Source: Pelagomonas calceolata
Taxonomy: Eukaryota
Direction: 5' to 3'
DNA: 64,000 nt
Assembly (NCBI GenBank): GCA_918797485.1
Contig: CAKKNE010000003.1
Coordinates: 4,960,001 to 5,024,000 of the forward strand
Shown one piece after another: positions 1-12,685 of this stretch. The notes beneath the pieces were generated by a model. That model did not search any database, was not told the DNA's origin, and was given only the letters and a program-made list of their open reading frames with translations. A program made the position numbers and the translations under genes. The stretch's first letter is position 1. The number at the start of each line of letters is the position of its first letter.

Positions 1-3000
1 GGCCTCTCGGCGTCGGCGGGCGACGTGGGCCTCGGCAGCGGCGAGTCGTCGACGGCGGACGCGGCGGCGGGCGCGGTGTCGAGCATGCTCGGGAGCGCGC
101 TCTTCGACACGCCCGAGGACGCGGCGTCGACGGGCAACGGCACGCGGCGGCGCCTCACCGCGGCGCGCTGGGCGCGGCGGCGGCGCCGCCTCGCCGGCAA
201 CCAGACGTCCTTGTACTCGTACTCGTACGACGACGACGCCGCGGCGGCGGCGGCGGAGGTAGATGCGGCATCGACCGTGCTCCTCGGCGTCGCGGACAAC
301 CTGGCCAAGGCCCAGCTGGACACGATCATCGCAAACGAGGCGGCGGTCGGCGTCTCGAGCGACGTGTACTCGAGCGCGAACCAGGTCGTCTCCATGTCTG
401 ACGGCTCGACGACGGCCGCGGAGCTCGGCCCGTCGCTCGGCCTAAACACGTCGGCGGCGCTCAACCTCTCGGCCGACGTCGACTTCACCACGGAACTGTC
501 GCAGTTCTCGGCCAACCCGCACGGCGGCGACAAAAACGGCTCCGCGGCGTCGTCGGACACGATACGCTTCGGCCTGGGCGACGCTGGCGCCGGCTCCGCG
601 GACGCGACGGCGCGCCGGCGCCTCAGCGCGGCGCGCCGGCGCCTCCAAGAGGTCACTCCGGCTCCAACGCTCGCGCCGACGACGGCCGCGCCGACGGTCT
701 CGCCGACGTTCTCGCCGCCGCCGAGCGCCGTGCCGACGCCCGCGCCGACGGTCGCGCCGACGGTCGCGCCGACGACGGCGCCGACGTCGGCGCCGTCGAT
801 CTCGGCGGCGCCGACGGCCACGTTCGCGCCGACGCCGGCGCCGCTCAAGACGCCCGTGGAGCTCGTCATCCCCGGGACGGCGGCCGCGAGCAACGCGACG
901 CCCGCCGTCCTCAACGTGACGTGCCTCTGCGACGTCGAGGAGAACAAGACGGTGACGTGTCCCGACAACTCGACGCAGCACTTCTGGTGCAACGGCATGC
1001 CCGGCGAGCACTCGCTGGTCTGCGGCTCGACGACGAGCGGCTGCGCGACGTGGGACACGACGCGCGGCAGGTACGTCATGCCCGACTACTGCGAAAAGGT
1101 CGCCGGCGACGACGGCGAGACGACGTGCCTCTGCGACCTCGAGCTCGGCGCGGCGGCCGACTTCAGCACGGCCGACGGCGCGACGGATGCGATGGCCGCG
1201 TTCAAGAGCATCATGGGCGCGCCCATCGACCTCTCGAAGGCGCTCATGATGATCATCATCCTCCTCAGCATCCTCGTCTTCCACACGGGGTGGAGCGTCG
1301 TCGGCGGCGCGCAGGACCGGTGCGACGAGAAGGCCGAGGCGGACGCGGCGCTCGTCGCGACGAGCGCGTTCGACGTCGACGCGGACCTGCCCGTCGGCCA
1401 GGGCGCCGCGGCGGCGCTCGCGCGGCGGACCGAGGCCATCTTCACGAAGCAGTCGTGGGGCCACTGGTGGGACGTCATGTGTGCCGAACACCCCATCCTG
1501 AACATCGTCTTCGTCCACGACGACACGCCGCGCTTCGTCCGGATCTGGGCGTTCGCGTTCGAAGTCCTCTGCGGCCTCTGGGGCATGGCGCTCGAGGTCA
1601 TGCTCAGCTACCCCGAGCCGGACCCGGAGTGCGCCTCGTATACGGCGCAGTGGGAGGCCTGCGACTACTGCCCCGAGGCCATCGTCGGCGGCGTCTGCTA
1701 CCCCGAGAAGATCGGCCAGCTCGGCACGGTCGTTCAAGACCAGGGCGACGGCACGTTCGCCGAGGTCGAGACGACGATCTGCCCCAAGGCCTGGAAGGCG
1801 GCGCGCACCGCGTGCGAGGACGACGGCATCAAGACCCGGACGATCGTCGGGAACAAGCTCTGCCTCTGGAATCGCTGCGCCGAGGAGTGCTGCGACTTCT
1901 ACGCTGGCGGCTGTCCCGACGACCCGCCCGACGACAGCGCGTCGCCCGAACACTACATGTGCCTCATCCTCGTCATGATCGTCTTCATCCCCATCGTCAT
2001 GATCTTCGAGTGGGCCATGGACGCGTATCTCACGCAGCCGCTGCCCGAGGCGCTCGAGCCCTACCTCGACGGCTTCTGCCGCGGCTGCGCGTGGATCTGC
2101 GGCCAGTCGGCCGCCGACGACGCCGCCGACGCCGACGGCGCGGGAGGCGCGGGCGACGCGTCGAACGCGGCCGTCCAGGAGCGGCTAGGGGCCTGGTCGC
2201 AGGGAGCGGGCGAGGGCGGCGCGCCGCCGGCGCCGGACGCGGCGGCCGGCGGCCGGCGCCGGCGCCGCCGCGCGTCGGACCTCGAGCTTGCGCGGCGCAG
2301 CTTCGCGGATCCCGGCGACGCCGTCGTCGGAGCACTCCCCGACGACTACGCCGCCGCCATCCGAATGCTCCGGGACTTGGACGAGGCCGCGGACGCCCGA
2401 GCCGAACCCTCGGGCGCGGCGCGCGGCGCGCGGCGGCCCGGCGCCGGTGTCGGCGCGCCCGCCGCGCCCGACGGCGGCGCGCCGCCGGCCGGCGACGACG
2501 ACGCGAATCGGCTCGCCAAGCTGGCGGCCGAGGACGCGGCGCGCGGCGACGACGCGGAGGCCGAGGAGGGCCCCGGCGGCGGCGAGGAGATCGACGGCCC
2601 CGACGACCACGCCGGAGAGGTCGCGGACTGGTCGTCGCTCGCGAGCGGACCGCTCCAGGAGGAGGCGCCGCGCGCCGACGCGTCGACGGCGGCCGTCAAC
2701 GAGCGCCTCCAGACGTGGCTCGGAGCGCAGACGACGCCAGAGCCGCGGCCGTCGCGGCCGGACGGCTGGTTCTCGGGCCTCCTCGGGACGGGCGGCGAGG
2801 AGCGGAGCGCCGCGGCCGCCGGCGGAGACGGCGCGCGCGTCGTCGAGGGCGGCCTCGACGTGAACGTCGCGGCCAAGATGATGGCCGAGGAGCCGCCGCC
2901 GCCGCCGGCCGAGGGCTGGGCGGCGCGCTCCGTGCGGCGCCTCGCGTCGTGGCGCGGCGGCGGCGGCGGCGACGACGACGACGGCGGCGACGACGACGTG

Positions 3001-4826
3001 GCCGTCGTCACCGGCGCCGAGGCCGGCGCGAGCGCGATCGCCAAGATCGCCGCGGAGCACGGCCTCGACGACGAGGGCGCCGCCGACGAGGAGCACGTAC
3101 CCTGGTCGCATATTGCCAAGGAAATGGCGCACGAGAACGTCGAGCTCCACGCGGCGCTCGACATCCTCTCCGACGAGCACTCGCGCGCTCTCGCGGAGAG
3201 CGGTGACCAGTACCGCGGCGAAGTCGCGTCGCCCGCGAGCGGCGAGCGGCCCAGGCGGCGCGACCTCGCGACGGCGACGACCAAGGCGCTCGCCGGCGCG
3301 CCCGTGAAGGAGGCGGACAACGTCGTGCAGCGCGCGCTGGTCGCGCAGCGCGCGACCGCCGCCAAAGTCGCCTACGCGGGCGTCACGGCGCGCGAGGCGG
3401 TCAAGCGCCGGGTGCACGCGGCCCGCGCGTACGTGTCCGAGGAGGGGCGCGAGGCGCATGCCGAACGGAAGGAGCGCCTCGTGGCGGTGAAGACCATGGC
3501 GCCCATCATCTGCGACGCCGTCCTCCTGCGCCGCGCGGAGCTGCTCGCGTTCCGGAAGCGCATCGCTCAGGGCCGAAGCCAACGGTCCCGGGGCCTTCGA
3601 TTTGTGGGGACCCCCGGCCCCCACCCCGCGCACACTCCCCGCCCTCCGTCCGAAACGTGGCCCCAACGACCGACCGAGCGGACCACGACGCAGGCATCGC
3701 GGACCGCAAGGACAGGAAGGCGCGGCGCGCGCGGCACCTCGTGCAGATGCTCGAGGTGCGGCTCCTCAGGGACTGGGGCTGGTCGCCGGACCACGTCGTC
3801 TTCCAGCGCAACGTCGAGAACATCACGCGAAGGCAGATCAAGAAGGCCGAGGAGTGGAGCGACGCCATCGACGCGATCACGGACGACGACGCGCGGACGG
3901 AGCTCGAGCGACGCGTCGCCAAGGCGACCGAATACGAGCGCCTCTCGCACATGGGCGAGCTGGAGCAGGTTCTCTACCACGTGTCCCTCGACGCCCACGG
4001 CGTCGCCGACGAGGAAGAAGAGGAGGAAGCAGCGGAGGAGGAGGTCTCCGTCGCGTGGTACCTCGTCGCGTGGTTCGCGCTCATCTCCGTCCTCGTCTTC
4101 TTCGTGTGCGTGCCGCCGCTGGGGCTCCTCTACGTGGCGACGGAAATGGGAAACGCGAAGACGCTGGTCTGGATCTACCAGTGCTTCGTCGGGATGATGC
4201 TCTTCTACTGGGTCGTCCTCCCGATCGAGATCGCCTTCTTCCTCCTCTTCATCCCCAAGCTCGTGCGGCACCACCTCACTCAGCACTCCAAGGACAAGTC
4301 GAGCTTCCCGTACCGGACGAAGCTGCCCACGACGCCGGTCTACTACCTCTGCCAGCGCCACCCAGAACTCACCGACACGCCCGTCGGCGCGACGGCGCTC
4401 GGCCAGACGGCGCTCGACGACGCGACCGACGACGAGATCGTGGATCAGATCGTCAGCGTGCACCGCGACACGACGTGGACGCCGCCGCTGCACATGTTTT
4501 TCCTCATGACGTTCATGGGCTTGTTCATGATGCTCCCGGGCGACTTCCAGGCGATGGCCTTCGAGGAGCTCTTCACGGTCGCGTCGATCGTCGTCCACTA
4601 CATCACCAACCACGTCCTCTTCGGCACGCTCGACCTCATGGGCACGGGCGTCGGGGAGGACGACGTCGACGGCGGCATGATGGAGTTCCTCGAACTCCTC
4701 TGCATCTGCGTGATCCTCGGCCTCGCGTACCTGGGCCTATCCTTGGCCGGGTGCTCTTGCAACGGCGTGCGCGCAGCGGTAGCGCGCTGCTGCAAGGGCT
4801 GCGAGAGGCTGTTCTTCGGCTACTAG
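1..4826 (+). CDS. 5'-truncated large multi-pass membrane protein with PT/mucin repeats and a GPS-like motif (REJ/polycystin-like); GC-AG intron 3572-3693
   Basis: The frame is open from the window start. PTxAP repeats lie at about 655-845 and a GPS-like C..WD...C...TTCLC motif precedes the first TM helix. Removing 3572-3693 joins ORF 25.. (RIAQ-G) to ORF 3657..4826 (IADRK), which has several TM helices. Confidence 0.6.
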
Positions 4827-5569
4827 CGTGCCCCCTTCCTCACCCCCGAGCGGTATGCGCGACGCCCCCCGGGGGGAGTAGGCCTAAGGGGCCAGGTGCC
4901 TCCAGGAAAGTCTCCAGGACCACTGGCAGCTGGTTTCAGTGGCCGGTTCTTTGGAACGCCGTCGAGTCTCGAGACCCGCCGCCGGCATTGGCCCGGTGCC
5001 CAAGGCTCCGAGTCTAGGTTGCAAATGACCCAGCGGCTGAATCACCCGGAAGTCTCCGGAGGCTAGGGTCGGTACTATACACGTGCACGCGCCTACGTCG
5101 CATACGCCGCCGCTTCAAGCATTCTTGGCCGATTTCTCTCAGCAGCCCGCGGAGGAATAGCAACTGTTTGGCCTATTTTGCTTCCAGGGCTCTCGGAGAG
5201 CACTAGGCTGCTGCATCGATGGCGTGTGCGGTGCGTCATGCCTCGGTACTTGCCTCGGCGGGCTACGTGCGCCCATCCGCTCGACTGGTGGGCTTACCAG
5301 AGTAGATTCCCAGAGGTAACACTGGCTAGACTCGGCCCGGGATACTATTTAATTGCTCTGCTTAGAGCTAGGCCGCCTAGAGCCGACGCGGGGTCTGCCT
5401 GTTAATTAAGGTAGGATATCTTAGACTCGCGGGACAGAAATAATTCGTTGCGGTGGATGTTTTAATTCAAGTTATTTTACTTCGAGCGGGCCGGGCGTGA
5501 GAGCTCGATTTTGAAAGTTGCGGCCGGCGGCGTCCCTGATATGGCGCGCGCCAGAAAAGAAAATAGACG

Positions 5570-7185
5570 TCACGAGGCCTTCTTCGAGTTCTTTCCCCCG
5601 AGCGCGGCGACAGCGGCGGCGGCGGCGAGGCCGGCGAGGAATCCGGTCGTCGGGTCGGCGACGACGGACGCGAGCGCCGTGAGCCAGGCGACCTGCGTTC
5701 GAGGGCCGTCGGCGGCTTTCCCCCCCTTGCGCTGTCTACGCCGTGTCGCGCCCCAGCTTCAGATCCGCGGAGCGCCAGGACGCCCTTGGGTCGCGCGACG
5801 CCAGGCCCGACGGCGGCAAGGACCACGGCGGCGAGCGCCGCCTTGGGCGTGGCGGCGAGCGCGCCGGCGTACGGCAGCAACGAAATCGCCGCGACGCCGT
5901 GTACGAACCCCGCCGCGCGCGACGTTGCGCCCGTCAGGCGCGCGAGCATCGATCGGCTCAACGACGCGCCGCAGGGCCCGCCCCGGAACGCGCCGGACGC
6001 GACCGACGCGACGCCCTGCGCCGCGAGCTCGCGGTCAGGCGACCACGCCTGCGTGGGATTGATTCGATCAGTGTGCCGGGTGTGCGGCGACGACGTGGCT
6101 GTGCTGGACCACGCGTGACCGATTTCCGCACAGGACCACGCGTGGCCGTTTTCCGCCTCGAACGCACTGCACACCGACACGCTCTGGAGGAAGTCGACGG
6201 CGGCGAAGACGACCGACGACTTGGCGAGCGCGGCCCACGACCTGCGCGGTCGCCCTCCCTTGGTCGCGATCGCGCGATCGCGCGGCGCGGCGACGGACCC
6301 GCCGTAGCAGAGGTCGACGAGCCGGCGGAACGGAAGGTCCCAGGGCGCGACGGCCAGGGACCGGGCGCCGCCCGCGCCCGCCGGCGGCGCGCCGACGACG
6401 CCGCCCGCGTATAATCCGGCCGCGCTCAGTCCCGTCGCGAGGCCCACGAGGACGAGGACTTCGAGGCCCGGCGGCGCGCGCCGCGGAAGCAGCGCCTTGC
6501 CACGGAGCGTGCCCACGACGACGACCGCCGAGAGCGCGGCGACGTCCCAGTCCCAGGCGCCCGGGTGCCCCGCCGCCCACGCGAGACGGACGACCTGCGG
6601 GGCGCCGCCGAGGCCCGCCGCCGCCGCCGCCGCCGCCGCGCGGGACGGCCCGGCCCACGCGGCGTCGTCGCCCGCCGCCTCGCGCAGGCGCGCCTTGCCG
6701 CCCCGGAAGAGCGCCGTCGCGCACTGCGACGAGACGACGGCGCAGCCGAAGCCCAGCTTAAAGCCGGCCTTGACCGGCCCCGGTATCCGGCGGACCGCGA
6801 CGCCGCCCGCCCCGCAGAGCGCGAGCGCCGTCGACGCGAGGCCGACGATCGTGGCGAACGCCGCCATCACGAGCACGTAGTCGTCCTCCGGGAGCGCCGC
6901 GTGCGCCGCCGCGAGCGCGTCGCGCGCGAGCATCGCCGTGATGGACCTGCGCCGGCCTGGTGGCGAAACGCGGCGACGCGGGGGAGGCGGCCCAGACGCC
7001 GGCTGTCGAGACGTCACGCCGATCGACGCCCAGGGCGACCCCGTCGCGGCGGCGAACGCCACGCATGGAAAGCCCATCGTCGCCAGGCCGCGCCAGCCGG
7101 CGACGCCGCTGACCTCGGCGTAGGCCACCGCCTGCGGGATCGACGTCAGCGCCAGCGTCACGCCGGCGATCACGTCGTTCAACAT
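5570..7185 (-). CDS. SulP/SLC26 anion (sulfate/bicarbonate) transporter, apparently without a STAS domain; introns 6947-7012, 6242-6298, 6049-6141, 5693-5751
   Basis: Motifs DVIAGVTLALTSIPQAVAYA, DRELAAQG, ASLSRS and PKAALAAVV. After the last intron the frame reads VAWLTALASVVADPTTGFLAGL to a TGA at 5570. Confidence 0.85.
6049..6133. mobile_element. Introner element forming an SLC26 intron
   Basis: Perfect 8-bp TSD GACCACGC at 6041-6048 and 6134-6141. Imperfect TIRs CTGCGTGGGATT / GATTTCCGCACAG. Confidence 0.8.
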
Positions 7186-7865
7186 CAATAATTATTCGTG
7201 CTTGGCGTGCTGTAACTGATCCAACTGCGGAGAAAGGGCTGTGAAGCGATAGCGTGTGTTGTCTGCTGCGTTAGCTAGTAACTTAGCTCCCATAGGGCTA
7301 GCTATAGTCAATTCGGGTTGCGGGGGCGCGCGCCTAGAGGGGTGACGGGGGAGCTATCCCCCGCCAGCGTGTACGCAAGCTTGCTGCCGGTCGTGGAAGC
7401 GTGCGTCGTCGTCGGCGTGCGCGGGTGCGTTGGTGAAGTCCGGGTTGCCGCCGACGAGGCCGTCGATCTTGATCCGGGCGTACTCGTGCTCCCATGGGAG
7501 TATAGCAGCGCGACGACGGGTTTTTAGCCCCCACCCCTGCACGAAACGCCGGCTAAGAGTATTGCGGCCTTGTCCGCCCCCAGGGAAGCGTCAGCGGAGG
7601 TTTAACGCGCCGTATGCAGGGAGCCATTATGGACTCGGACGGGTTTCATCAGGCTTTTCTCTTCTTCGGGCCACCTTGTCCTGCGGCGCTTCCCTTCCTT
7701 TTTTCAATTTTTGCCTCAAGTCATTTCGTTGGTCGCGTGCTCTAGCGGGAGGCGAAATACGTGAAGGGACACCGCGATTTGGCGGCTATCTGATATGCCA
7801 GTGGAGGGGCATGCATCCAGGAGCAGAAACATTATAAAAAGGACGGCAGACAGATAGAAGCGGCG

Positions 7866-9943
7866 TCAGGGCTGGGCGGACGGGCCTTCCGGCGATTCCG
7901 GCCGGGACGCGGTCCGCGCGGCGCGCACGCGCGCGGCGATCGACGGCGGGAGCGCGGCGTCGAGCGCGTCGGCGTCGCCGGCGGCGACGAGGACCTCGGC
8001 GCAGCGATCGAAGAGCGTCGGCGGTTCGAAGTACCCGCAGAGGACCAGCGTGCCGTTGTTGCCGCACGCGACCTCGAGCACGTCGCGGCGCGTCGCCTTG
8101 AGGCGCGCGACGAGGCGCGGGAACTGCTCGTTCTCGCCCGAGCCGTGGCCGAGCTGGCCCTTGTTGCCGGCGCCGCACGAGTAGACCTCGCCGTCCGCCG
8201 TCAGCGCCACGCTGTGCTCGCCGCCGCACGCGACCTGGGCCACGCGCTTCCGCGCGAGCGTCTCGACGAGCCGGAAGTCGGGCTGGTACGGGTGGCCGCG
8301 CTCGTTGTGCGGAAACGCCTCGGGGTCGCCGAGGCCGAGCTGGCCCTGGAAGTTCCGGCCGCAGACGTAGCAGGCGCCGTCGGCCGTCAGCAGTGCCGTG
8401 TGGCCCCAGCCGGCGACGACGCGCCGGACGCGGAGCCCCGCGACCGACTCGACGCGCCGCGGCCGCGGCACGAAGTGCGCGCCCTCGCCGTTCCGCGGGA
8501 CGACGTCCTCGTTCGCGTAGCCGAGCTGGCCGACGCGGTTGTGGCCCCACGTGTACACGTCGGACCTGGGTAGAAACCAAGGTCGTGGGCATCTCGCAAA
8601 AAAGTCCCAGGCGAATCGGACGCGCTGGTTGATTGCCACACAGCCGCGGACGGCGAGACGAGCGCGACGGTGTGGTAGCCGCCGGGCCCGACCGAGATCT
8701 CCCGGACCGCGCGCCCGCCGAACGCGCCCGCGAGCGGCCGCGGCGCGAGCACGTCCGCGGCCGCGCCGTGGCCCGTGTACTCGTGCTTGCCGAAGCTGTA
8801 CGCCACGCCGTCGACGCCCAGCGCGCAGGTGTGGACGGAGCCCGCGTTCACGCGCCTGAGCGGGCGCCGCGGCCAGAGCGCCTCGACCAGGGACGGCTCG
8901 TGGCGGTCGTCGACGTCGCCCAGGCCCAGGCGCCCGTTCTCCCCCGCCCCCCACGTGTAGAGCGCGCCGTCGCGCGAGACGGCGGCCGTGTACGCAAAGC
9001 CGCACGCGACCTGCGCGCAGACGACGCCGGCGAGGCCGCCCCGGACGAGCCGCGGCGCCTTGAGCGACCGCACGTCCCCGTGGCCCAGCCGCCCAAAGCC
9101 GCCGCGGCCCCACGTGTAGACGTCGCCGTCGCGCGTGAGGACCGCCGCGTGCTGGCCGCCGCAGCAGACGCTCGCCACGGGGAGGCCCAGCAGGCCCTCG
9201 ACGAGCTGCGGCGACGCGTCGCCGCCGTTCGCGTCGTCGTCGACCGTGCCCATGGCGTAGACGACGCGCGCCGGGTCCGAGAGCGCGACGAACGCGGCGT
9301 AGAACCCGCCGCGCGACGCGAAGCGCCCGAGGCGCGCCATCGACACGAACTCGTTGCGCGCGGTCACGCCGAGCGCGGGCCGCAGCGCGTCGACGGTGCC
9401 GCGCGGTTGCTCGCCGAACTCGTCGACGACGGCGCGCGCGAACTGGCGCCAGGGCACCTCCGTCGAGTACCGGCCGAAGCGCTCGATCCAGAGCAGCCTC
9501 GTCGGCACGTCGGCGATGGTCGCCTCCGCGTCGTCGTCGCCGAGCGCGCCGCCGGCGTAGCTCGCCGCCGCGCGCGCGTCGGCCGACGACGCCTCGGACG
9601 ACGACGCGGTGAGCTGGCGGACCTTGCGCTCGACGTTCTTCAGGGTCGACAGCGGCGAGCGATCCCGGAACTCGGCGCCGAAAAAATTGCTCCGCTTCTC
9701 GCGCAGGTCCTCGAGCGCGCGCCGCGCCGCCTCGGCGCACGCGAGGAGGTACGCCAGCCGCGGCCGGCCCGCGCGCGGGCCGTGGACGGCGCGCAGGGCC
9801 CCGTAGAACGCCGCCGCGAGGCCGCCCGTCGCCGGGTACTTCTCCCGCAGCGGCTCGCCGCCCGCTTCGAGAAGGTCGAGCGCCGCGAGGCAGGCGTAGA
9901 CGACCCGCTTCGCCTCGTCGCTCGCGCCTGGTGAGCCCGACAT
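7866..9943 (-). CDS. RCC1-repeat protein with an N-terminal helical region and Cbl-type EF-hand-like segment; intron 8566-8651
   Basis: Repeated VYTWGxG..GRLG and V.CG..H motifs. Splicing joins ORF 8387..9973 to the C-terminal frame of ORF 7866.. (VSP-SDVYTWGHN). Confidence 0.85.
8566..8643. mobile_element. Introner element in the RCC1 gene
   Basis: TIRs CTGGGTAGAAACCAA / TTGATTGCCACACAG. TSD CGTCGGAC versus CCGCGGAC (6/8). The GT donor lies in the TSD. Confidence 0.8.
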
Positions 9944-10137
9944 TTGCGGGCCAGGGCAGCTGAGCCAAAGCAAATCGCCCGCAGCCGCAGTCGGGGGCTC
10001 GCTTCCAGAGGTCGCGCGCGCCGCGAGGCCTACTGCGGCAGATTCTCGCGGTCGCGGGACTGCGGATGCAAAGGCCTATAGCTTGTACTGTGGTACCTAC
10101 GGTAAGGCGTAGGGCGTACCGTAGGTACTTGTACTAG

Positions 10138-11042
10138 AGAGAGAAACCTACTAGCCCTTCCTACCCTAGATATGTATCTCCCACTCTCTAATATTTGAGT
10201 CTATACATCGAGTGTCAAAAGCACTACGGTGTAACAACAGTTCACTATAAAACACTCTCGCAGTCAGGCCTATCAGCCCTAGGCTGGTTAGCTAAGACCC
10301 TGCTACTTACATAACTTGAACGCTGCGACATACTACTCTTGCTAGGTTATGGGCCCACAGGGTTCTGCCTATTGACGTAGAGTGTTTTACAGTGAATGCC
10401 TAAACAAGGAAAAACACCCAAAAAGAAATCTAAAGAGAAAACACCCCAAAAGAGCGGAGAAAGTGAATATCCAGCGATGGCCGGGATCAAGAAGAATTTA
10501 ACCGGCTCGTTCAAAACGCGATCGAACAATCACAAGCTCAGCTCCAACAGAAACACGAAGAACAAATCAAACGGCTGGAAGCTGACCGTGAAGCGTTGGA
10601 GGAAAGGCTCACCAGAAAATTTGGTGATGAAGTGCGTGAATTAAATCGAGCATTTGAAGAATCAAGAGGTGCAAACCCAACAACTAAAGATACAACGTGG
10701 ATGCGGAAAATAATGGAAGAAGCCGTCGTGGCTGCCAATAATGCAAGCCTACATACCCAAAAACCCTACATTAGAGTAGGCCTAGTGAATGGTATGTCGC
10801 AGCGTTATGTAAAGTAGCAGGGTCCTAGCTCACCAGCCAAAGGCTGGGCCAACCTAACTACGAGAGTGTTTTATAGCAAATTGTTGTTACACCGTAGTGA
10901 TTGTACACTCCGACGGTGTTTTGAAGTCACGGTGAATGCCTAAAAGCGGCAAGAGCGCCCTAGGAGAGAGAAACCCTCTAGCCCATCCTACCCTAGATAT
11001 GTATCTCCCACTCTCCAAATTTGAGTCTATACATAGAGTGTC
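10138..11042. repeat. About 79-bp direct repeats (10138-10216 and 10965-11042) bracketing a TIR element
   Basis: AGAGAGAAACC...CCTACCCTAGATATGTATCTCCCACTCTC...TTTGAGTCTATACAT.GAGTGTC occurs twice in the same orientation. Confidence 0.9.
10222..10899. mobile_element. Non-autonomous TIR element with CACTA-starting inverted repeats of about 47 bp
   Basis: The left end CACTACGGTGTAACAACAGTTCACTATAAAACACTCTCG matches the reverse complement of the right end (to 10899). No clean TSD seen. Confidence 0.65.
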
Positions 11043-11112
11043 TATCAAAACACTCTACGAGGCTGCACATACCTACGGTACGGTACTCTAACTAGCCTCC
11101 CGGCTCCACGTA

Positions 11113-12685
11113 ATGTCTGCTATAGGTACGACAAGTTTTGACGCCATGGCGCTCGCCGTTGTCGCGGCCGCGCTTTTCGTGGTGGGCGTCGCGTGCTGGC
11201 TGGCGACGTCCGGCCGGCTGCGACCGCGGGACTCGCCCCCCGTCGTGCGCGAGGGCAAGCCGATCGTGGGCAACCTCCTCGGCTTTGCGCTGGGCAAGCG
11301 CGGGCCGCTCGACTTCATCGAGCGGAACTACCACCGCTACGGCGGCGCGCGCCCGCGCGAGTGATCGCGTCGCGCGCGCCGCCGCGACGGTGCGTCGCCC
11401 CGGCGCAGGCGCGTTCTCGATGCCGCTGGGTCCCAAATGCCTGACGTTCGTCGTGGGGCCCAAGACCGTCGCGCCGTTCTTCCGGAACCGCGACGACGTG
11501 TTCAGCCAGCCCGAGGTCTACGGCTTCATGACGCAGGTCTTCGGAAAAGGCGTGGTCTACGACGCGACGCCGCCGAAGCGCAAGGCGCAGAACGTGAACA
11601 TGAGCCGCGGCCTGCGCGCGGACCGGCTGAAGTCGTACGTGCCCAAGATTCTGCGGGAGACGGAGGCCTACTTCGCCGAGAAGTGGGGCGAGAGCGGCAC
11701 GGCCGATCTCCTCGTGACGCTGTCGGAGCTGACGATCCTCACGGCCTCGCGGTGCCTCCACGGCGACGACGTGCGCGAGAATCTCTTCGCCCAGGTCAGC
11801 GAGATCTACCACGACCTCGACAAGGGCATCACGCCGCTCTCGTTCTTCTGGCCGACGGCGCCCGTCGAGGGCCACCGGAAGCGCGACGCCGCGCGGCTGA
11901 AGATGGTGGAGCTCTTCGGCGACGTGATCAAGGCGCGCCGGCGGCAGACGCCGGAGCAGGCCGCGGCGCGCACCGACATCCTGCAGGTCTTCGTCGACAT
12001 GGTCTACAAGGACGGCACCAAGGCGACCGACGACGAGATCACGGGGCTGCTCATCGCCCTGCTCTTCGCCGGCCAGCACACGTCGAGCGTGACGTCGACG
12101 TGGACGCAGCTCTACATCCTCGCCGACGACAAGCTGGCCGCGCGCGTGCGCGCCGAGCAGGCCGACGTCGTCGGCGGCGCCGCCGCGCCGCTCGTCTTCG
12201 ACGACCTCAACAAGATGGCGCTGCTCCACAACTGCATGAAGGAGGCCCTCCGCATGCACCCGCCGCTCATCATGCTCATGCGAAAGGCCATGCGGGCCGT
12301 GCCCATCGAGACGGACGCGGGCGCGCGGTACGTCATCCCCAAGGGCGACGTCGTCTTCGCGGCGCCCGCGATCCAGGGCCGCCTGGCGACGTGCTGGACG
12401 GCCCCGGACGCGTTCGACCCCGACCGCTACGCGCCCGGCCGCGAGGAGCACGCGATGCCCTTCGCGCACATCGGCTTCGGCGGCGGCATCCACCAGTGCA
12501 TGGGGCAGCAGTTCGGCTACTGCCAGGTCAAGACCATCCTCTCGTGGCTGAACCGCAACTACGACATGGAGATCGTCTCGGAGTTCCCCGAGCCCGACTA
12601 CACCGCCATGGTCGTCGGGCCCAAGGGCAAGCCCATGGTGAGGTACGTCCGCAAGGCCGCCGCCGCGGCGGCGGCGGCGGAGTAA
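11113..12685 (+). CDS. CYP51: Sterol 14-alpha-demethylase (cytochrome P450 family 51); GC-AG intron 11345-11408
   Basis: N-terminal TM anchor, VFGKGVVYD, LLFAGQHTS, KEALR, FDPDR and heme motif FGGGIHQC. Confidence 0.95.
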
